From contig CAIKKG010000024.1 of NCBI GenBank assembly GCA_903827975.1, positions 523 through 64,522 on the forward strand: a DNA stretch of 64,000 nucleotides, given 5' to 3'. Position numbers and translations under genes: made by a program. Below are positions 59,757 through 64,000 of this stretch, piece after piece. The DNA is from an uncultured bacterium. Its GTDB lineage: Bacteria > Patescibacteriota > Minisyncoccia > UBA6257 > GWB1-50-10. Under the pieces are notes generated by a model. It saw only the letters and a program-made list of their open reading frames with translations. It was not told the origin of the DNA and ran no database searches. Every line of letters starts with the position of its first letter. Position 1 is the first letter of the stretch.

Positions 59757-60452
59757 ATGAGATTTTTTTTCAAAATAGTAATCACAGCATTTTCTTTTAT
59801 CGCTCTTGTTTCAACAACAAATGTTTTTGCTGCTCCTGTTGTTACCCCTCAAATTCCACCGCGTTTAATTCTTTCTTGGAGTGCGTCGAGCATTCACCCG
59901 TCTAACTATAAGGGCAAGGTTCTTCCTTCTTTAAACACGCCAATAGTTGTTTCTGTTGAGTTGCTCGCAAATGGTAAGTTTGCCGATATATCTAAAACAA
60001 CAATTATTTGGAGAAAGTCTGGAGAGGTGATTAAGCGTGGTGTCGGATTAAAACAAATATTTATTGCACCTGACTCAAATGATTCAAGTGATGTTTTTAT
60101 AGATGCTGAGGTTGATTTTGCTAACAACGTTGTGGAACAGTCGCTTTTGATCCCCGTTGTAAAACCTTTTGTTTCTATCGAGATACCATATCCAAACTCT
60201 GTTGTTCGTGGTGATTCTGATGTAACAATTAGAGCGACCCCTTATTTTTTCAATGCCTCTTCTCTTGATGATCTTGTTTTTTACTGGCAGATTGGTGATA
60301 TAAAAAAGAATATGGAACAGAACAACTCCATCACACTTAAGGTTTCTGGTGCTTATTCCTCCCAGGATAGCCTTCCTATAACCTCGTATGTGCAGAGCAG
60401 GGATGTGTTAACTGATATAATAGTAACTAACAAACCGTTATTTGTTCGATAA
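59757..60452 (+). CDS. Secreted Ig/PKD-like hypothetical protein
   Basis: Signal peptide, LSWSASS.HPSNYKGK.LP, ATPYFF, YW. Confidence 0.7.
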   Translation: MRFFFKIVITAFSFIALVSTTNVFAAPVVTPQIPPRLILSWSASSIHPSNYKGKVLPSLNTPIVVSVELLANGKFADISKTTIIWRKSGEVIKRGVGLKQIFIAPDSNDSSDVFIDAEVDFANNVVEQSLLIPVVKPFVSIEIPYPNSVVRGDSDVTIRATPYFFNASSLDDLVFYWQIGDIKKNMEQNNSITLKVSGAYSSQDSLPITSYVQSRDVLTDIIVTNKPLFVR

Positions 60453-60458
60453 TCACGC

Positions 60459-61670
60459 ATGAAACCAATTTATAAAATTCTTATTACTTTAGTTGTAATA
60501 ATCATCGTCATATTCCTTTCATATTTCTTGTGGACAAAGTTTTTTGCGCCAAAGTCTGTGACGCCACAAGAGCCTGGAACTGGTGTGATAATTACACCTC
60601 CTAGTGATAATAATGGTCAGACTGGAGGAGGTGATAATCCTCCGGGTGGCGCGCCAGGCACATCAACACCTACAACATCTAACGTGGATGAGTATTTATT
60701 TAAAAAACTTTCTGATAAGCCGGCTCTGGCTTTTTGGGTCTCTATAACTGGTAATACGGCTTTTTATGTTTCTGAGTCTGGCGTAGTTATGGAGGCTAAG
60801 GATGGAGAGGACTCTGTAGTTTCAAAACAACCAATCTCTAATTTTATAAGTTTAGAGGCGTCTCCATCTGGTGAGAAGGTTATTCTTTCCTTTGGAAGTC
60901 CGTCAAATATTCAATTGGCAATTTTTGATTCTGTTGATAAGGTTTTGCGCCCACTTCCAAAAGAAATCTTAAGTGCTTCGTGGGCTGGAACTGATAATCA
61001 GTTGGTTGGTGTCACACAACAAAATGATGTAACTCTACTCTCATTAATAAATATCTCAAAACAACCCTACACTTACAAGACGCTTGTAACAAATTTTTCT
61101 ATAAAGGATGCTTTGTTTTCTGCCAAGTCAGCAACTGAGATTTTAATCTCTGAAAAACCTTCATCTCACTCTCTATCTGGCGTCTGGCAACTAGATACTG
61201 ACACCGGCGTTATGACACTTGTTGTGAGCCCTGCTCTTGGTTCTTTTATAAGGTGGGCTAGTGGAAAGGATTTAATGTTTAAGTTCGCATCACCAAATAA
61301 GTTTTCAATACTGGATCGTTCCTTTGGTGAAATATCGCCGGTGTTATTTACAACGCTACCAAATAAATGTGATGGTGGTCTTGATGTGATTTATTGTTTT
61401 ATTCCTAAAGACAAGGGTGTTTTCTCAAATACAAACTCGATGCCTGACGATTATTTTATGAATAATATCTTCACTAGTGACGATTTTTATAAAATCTCTC
61501 CGTCCTCCGGCATTGAATCACTTATAATGGCTGGTGGGTCGGGTAAGATTCCGGTTATTGATGCGGATAATGTCTCATATGCAAACTCATCAACTTATTT
61601 TATTAATAAGTATGATAATTATGTTTATGCAATTCAAAAAACAACAAATGAAGTTATTAATGATTACTAA
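60459..61670 (+). CDS. Membrane-anchored beta-propeller-like hypothetical protein
   Basis: TM, Pro/Gly/Thr linker, SPSGEKV, TLPNKC, FINKYD. Confidence 0.7.
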   Translation: MKPIYKILITLVVIIIVIFLSYFLWTKFFAPKSVTPQEPGTGVIITPPSDNNGQTGGGDNPPGGAPGTSTPTTSNVDEYLFKKLSDKPALAFWVSITGNTAFYVSESGVVMEAKDGEDSVVSKQPISNFISLEASPSGEKVILSFGSPSNIQLAIFDSVDKVLRPLPKEILSASWAGTDNQLVGVTQQNDVTLLSLINISKQPYTYKTLVTNFSIKDALFSAKSATEILISEKPSSHSLSGVWQLDTDTGVMTLVVSPALGSFIRWASGKDLMFKFASPNKFSILDRSFGEISPVLFTTLPNKCDGGLDVIYCFIPKDKGVFSNTNSMPDDYFMNNIFTSDDFYKISPSSGIESLIMAGGSGKIPVIDADNVSYANSSTYFINKYDNYVYAIQKTTNEVINDY

Positions 61671-63081
61671 AAAGGTTTTACTGTCCTTGTTTGTGGTTGT
61701 TGCTGTGTTTGCTCCAATGTACTTATTTGCAGCGGAAACAGCATCGACTGGCCCAACACCGATTGTTGTTACAATGTCATCACCAATGCCGTGCATTCCA
61801 GTTCCTTTCATGGGTGGGAACACCTGCTCACAACCCGCAGGAGACTCAGCTATTCAGACTTATATAAAACTTTTGTATCAATTCGCGGTTGGAATCTCTG
61901 GTATTGTTGCTGTAGGAATGATTGTGTGGGGATCTATTCAGATTTCTTTATTTAGCGAGAGTATAACCCAGAAAAGTGAGGGGAGGGATAAAATTACGTC
62001 AGCAATAATTGGTGTTATTCTTCTTCTTGGTTCTTATTTGCTACTTAATACTATAAACCCGAGAATTGTTCAGCTTGGTCAGACACTTACAACTGTTAAA
62101 CAAGCAAAGCCGTCATCAGACATTGCAAAGGTTGGTGTGTCGAGTTGTGGAACATCAACTTTAATATCAGGAGCGGTTGGTACACCAATAGATTTTAATG
62201 TTAAACCAGACGCTGGTAATACTTGTAAATATAGAAAGCTTTTTGTATATAGAGATGGTTTTACAATTTCTGGTATGGATGCTGCATATTATGGTGGTTC
62301 TGGTGATGTTCAAATAGCGGCGCAGTCTGTTATTTGGCTCTACCCTTATCGCGTGAAGGGGGCTGTGGAAACATTTGATAGCAACGGCACACTAGCAAGC
62401 GCTAAGTGTATTGTATATGCATATAAAGAGCCTAGTATGACGAGTATTCGTTTTACAAACCTACAAAATACAATTGAGCCTTGTGTGTTAAGTGACAAAC
62501 AGGAAGATGGGTATGTTGGTGGTCCTGGGTCAGGAGTTGGTAACGTTTCTGGAGATGTAAAGGATTTAGCCAATCAATTAGGTAGTCCAAACTCTACTGT
62601 GAAATTCTCTACGGACAATTCTTGTAATCCTCCCGGCTCTGCCGCAAAAAATATTCTTTATTCTATGCAAAACGGAACGGCGCCTTTTGTCTGCTCTGCT
62701 GGTTGTCAAACAAACAAAACAGAGTGCACACAAAATGGGGCTTATCCTGAGGCTTCTATATTAAAAGCAATTATAGCCCTGCAAAATTCTAAAACAACAG
62801 TTTCGACGGTCACTAGTTTAACTGGTGGTGATCATTCGGCTAATTCTGGGCATTACCAAGGTACAGCTTTTGATCTCAGTGTAGGATCAAGCAACACAGA
62901 TGATTGGAATAATGTTATGAAAATTTTAAATACTTCGGGTGTTACAGCATACTGCGAATACCAAGGACCTGGGGAGGATAAAGCTAAACTTCACACAAAA
63001 TGTGCAACTGGAATAAGTGGTGGGCATCTCCATGTACAGGTCAATAAAAACAGTAATGCTATAAACAATGGGACTCCATAA
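61660..63081 (+). CDS. VirB2/TrbC-like pilin fused to a C-terminal M15-like (LAS-type) peptidase domain
   Basis: Pilin core IVWGSIQI...KSEGRDKITSAIIGVILLLGSYLLLNTINP; C-terminus TSLTGGDH..SGHYQGTAFD...HLHV. Confidence 0.72.
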   Translation: MITKKVLLSLFVVVAVFAPMYLFAAETASTGPTPIVVTMSSPMPCIPVPFMGGNTCSQPAGDSAIQTYIKLLYQFAVGISGIVAVGMIVWGSIQISLFSESITQKSEGRDKITSAIIGVILLLGSYLLLNTINPRIVQLGQTLTTVKQAKPSSDIAKVGVSSCGTSTLISGAVGTPIDFNVKPDAGNTCKYRKLFVYRDGFTISGMDAAYYGGSGDVQIAAQSVIWLYPYRVKGAVETFDSNGTLASAKCIVYAYKEPSMTSIRFTNLQNTIEPCVLSDKQEDGYVGGPGSGVGNVSGDVKDLANQLGSPNSTVKFSTDNSCNPPGSAAKNILYSMQNGTAPFVCSAGCQTNKTECTQNGAYPEASILKAIIALQNSKTTVSTVTSLTGGDHSANSGHYQGTAFDLSVGSSNTDDWNNVMKILNTSGVTAYCEYQGPGEDKAKLHTKCATGISGGHLHVQVNKNSNAINNGTP

Positions 63082-63085
63082 AAAT

Positions 63086-63117
63086 AAAAATCCCCGCTTT
63101 ATGCGGGGATTTTTTTA
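63086..63117. terminator. Bidirectional terminator
   Basis: AAAAATCCCCGC-ttat-GCGGGGATTTTTTT. Confidence 0.88.
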
Positions 63118-63543
63118 TGAGACGAATTTTATTACAACCCTTCTTTCTTTTCCCATTCCAGTACTCTCTGTTTTAAGTTCTGGATTTGCTGTTATCTCCA
63201 TATGCACCAGGCGCCTCTCATAGCCGTTCATTGCGGGTAGTTCGACTTCTTGCTTCGTTATCATCGCTTTGCGTGCTGCAGCCTTAACCAGCTCCACTAT
63301 TAGGCGTTCTCGCTCCTTCCTGTAGTAGTTTAGATCAATAACGTGGGGAATAAGACCCTCTTTCTTTAAAACGATGTTTATTATGTGATCTATTGCCGGA
63401 AGTATTATTTCTACATTATCGGACACAAACCTGTCGTCAATAAGAATGATAACTTTCCTGCGCTCCTCGTCGATAGCAACCTCGGCCTCCGGATACCCGA
63501 GAAGTGCTATTATCTCCTTTGTTTTCTCAATAATAGGGTTCAT
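63115..63543 (-). CDS. jag: Jag/KhpB-like R3H-domain RNA-binding protein (short)
   Basis: DLNYYRKERE, LPAMNGYERRLVH, TESTGMGKERRVVI; follows yidC. Confidence 0.85.
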   Translation of the reverse strand: MNPIIEKTKEIIALLGYPEAEVAIDEERRKVIILIDDRFVSDNVEIILPAIDHIINIVLKKEGLIPHVIDLNYYRKERERLIVELVKAAARKAMITKQEVELPAMNGYERRLVHMEITANPELKTESTGMGKERRVVIKFVS

Positions 63544-63563
63544 TGGTTTAGGTTTACAGTATA

Positions 63564-64000
63564 CTACTCATCTTCAAATTTTGGCAATCTTTTGTTGATA
63601 TACATCTGTTGGAATATGGAGAAGATACCGGAAACGGTCCAATAAACACTGAGTGCTGTTGGTAGATTGATGAGTATTAGAAGTGTAAATGCGGGACCTA
63701 TTACAGACATTGTTTTGGCCATCCCAGCCATAGGGTTGTCACTTGTTGTGTCTTTCTGCGCGCCCATCATCAATTTTGTTTGGATATATTGTGCTATTCC
63801 AGCAACAATAGGCATTAAATAACCTTTTGTTCCTAGATCAATAAGCCCTAGGAATGTTGTTGTCGCAAAAATTCCAGTTGATAGCTCCTTTGAGAATACT
63901 TGGAATAAAACTATGAACACTGGAAGCTGAAGTATAAGCAATAAGATTCCTGAAAATGGGTTTAGTTTATATTTTTTGTATAAACTAAGCATCTCCTGTG
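63564..64000 (-). CDS. yidC: Membrane protein insertase YidC (5' part outside the window)
   Basis: LYKKYKLNPFSG, LQLPVF, FLGLIDL, LPTALSVYW. Confidence 0.92.
   Translation of the reverse strand, partial: QEMLSLYKKYKLNPFSGILLLILQLPVFIVLFQVFSKELSTGIFATTTFLGLIDLGTKGYLMPIVAGIAQYIQTKLMMGAQKDTTSDNPMAGMAKTMSVIGPAFTLLILINLPTALSVYWTVSGIFSIFQQMYINKRLPKFEDE

Noticed and set aside
1098-63645. Numerous short antisense or overlapping ORFs in the six-frame track (e.g. 5966-6310, 30340-30780, 40271-40597)
   Set aside because: They are shadows of well-supported genes or tRNAs on the other strand or frame, with no independent signals.
1-64000. Recoded genetic code (TGA read as Gly/Trp as in some CPR lineages)
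   Set aside because: All conserved genes translate full-length under the standard code, with no in-frame TGA interruptions.

Overview
AT-rich chromosomal window that looks like a reduced-genome Patescibacteria (CPR, Parcubacteria-like) bacterium. This assignment is inferred from gene content, not measured. It carries housekeeping genes (leuS, valS, glyQS, nusA, tsaD, recO, recA, ftsK, ftsH, gyrA, rpsA-like, rpsO, pnp, xer, comM, rsmA, jag, yidC), four tRNAs including an unusual tRNA-Ile(UAU), and a divergent membrane pyrophosphatase. It also has a split T4SS-like apparatus: three VirB2/TrbC-like pilins at 38.5-40 kb and a VirB6/PrgI/VirB4 cluster at 49-63 kb that ends in a pilin fused to an M15-like peptidase motif set. 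The most striking unexplained structure is a two-tier expression grammar. Many core genes have a -10 box a few nt before ATG and no Shine-Dalgarno. Seven dispersed orphan 'cassettes' instead carry their own promoter (mostly sigma70-type), a strong SD, in most cases a boxA-like motif, and their own terminator; two or three of them encode distantly related paralogues. A 21-nt box plus TGTTT-N6-AAACA palindrome module also recurs in two intergenic regions. All calls are by eye; no database searches were run.
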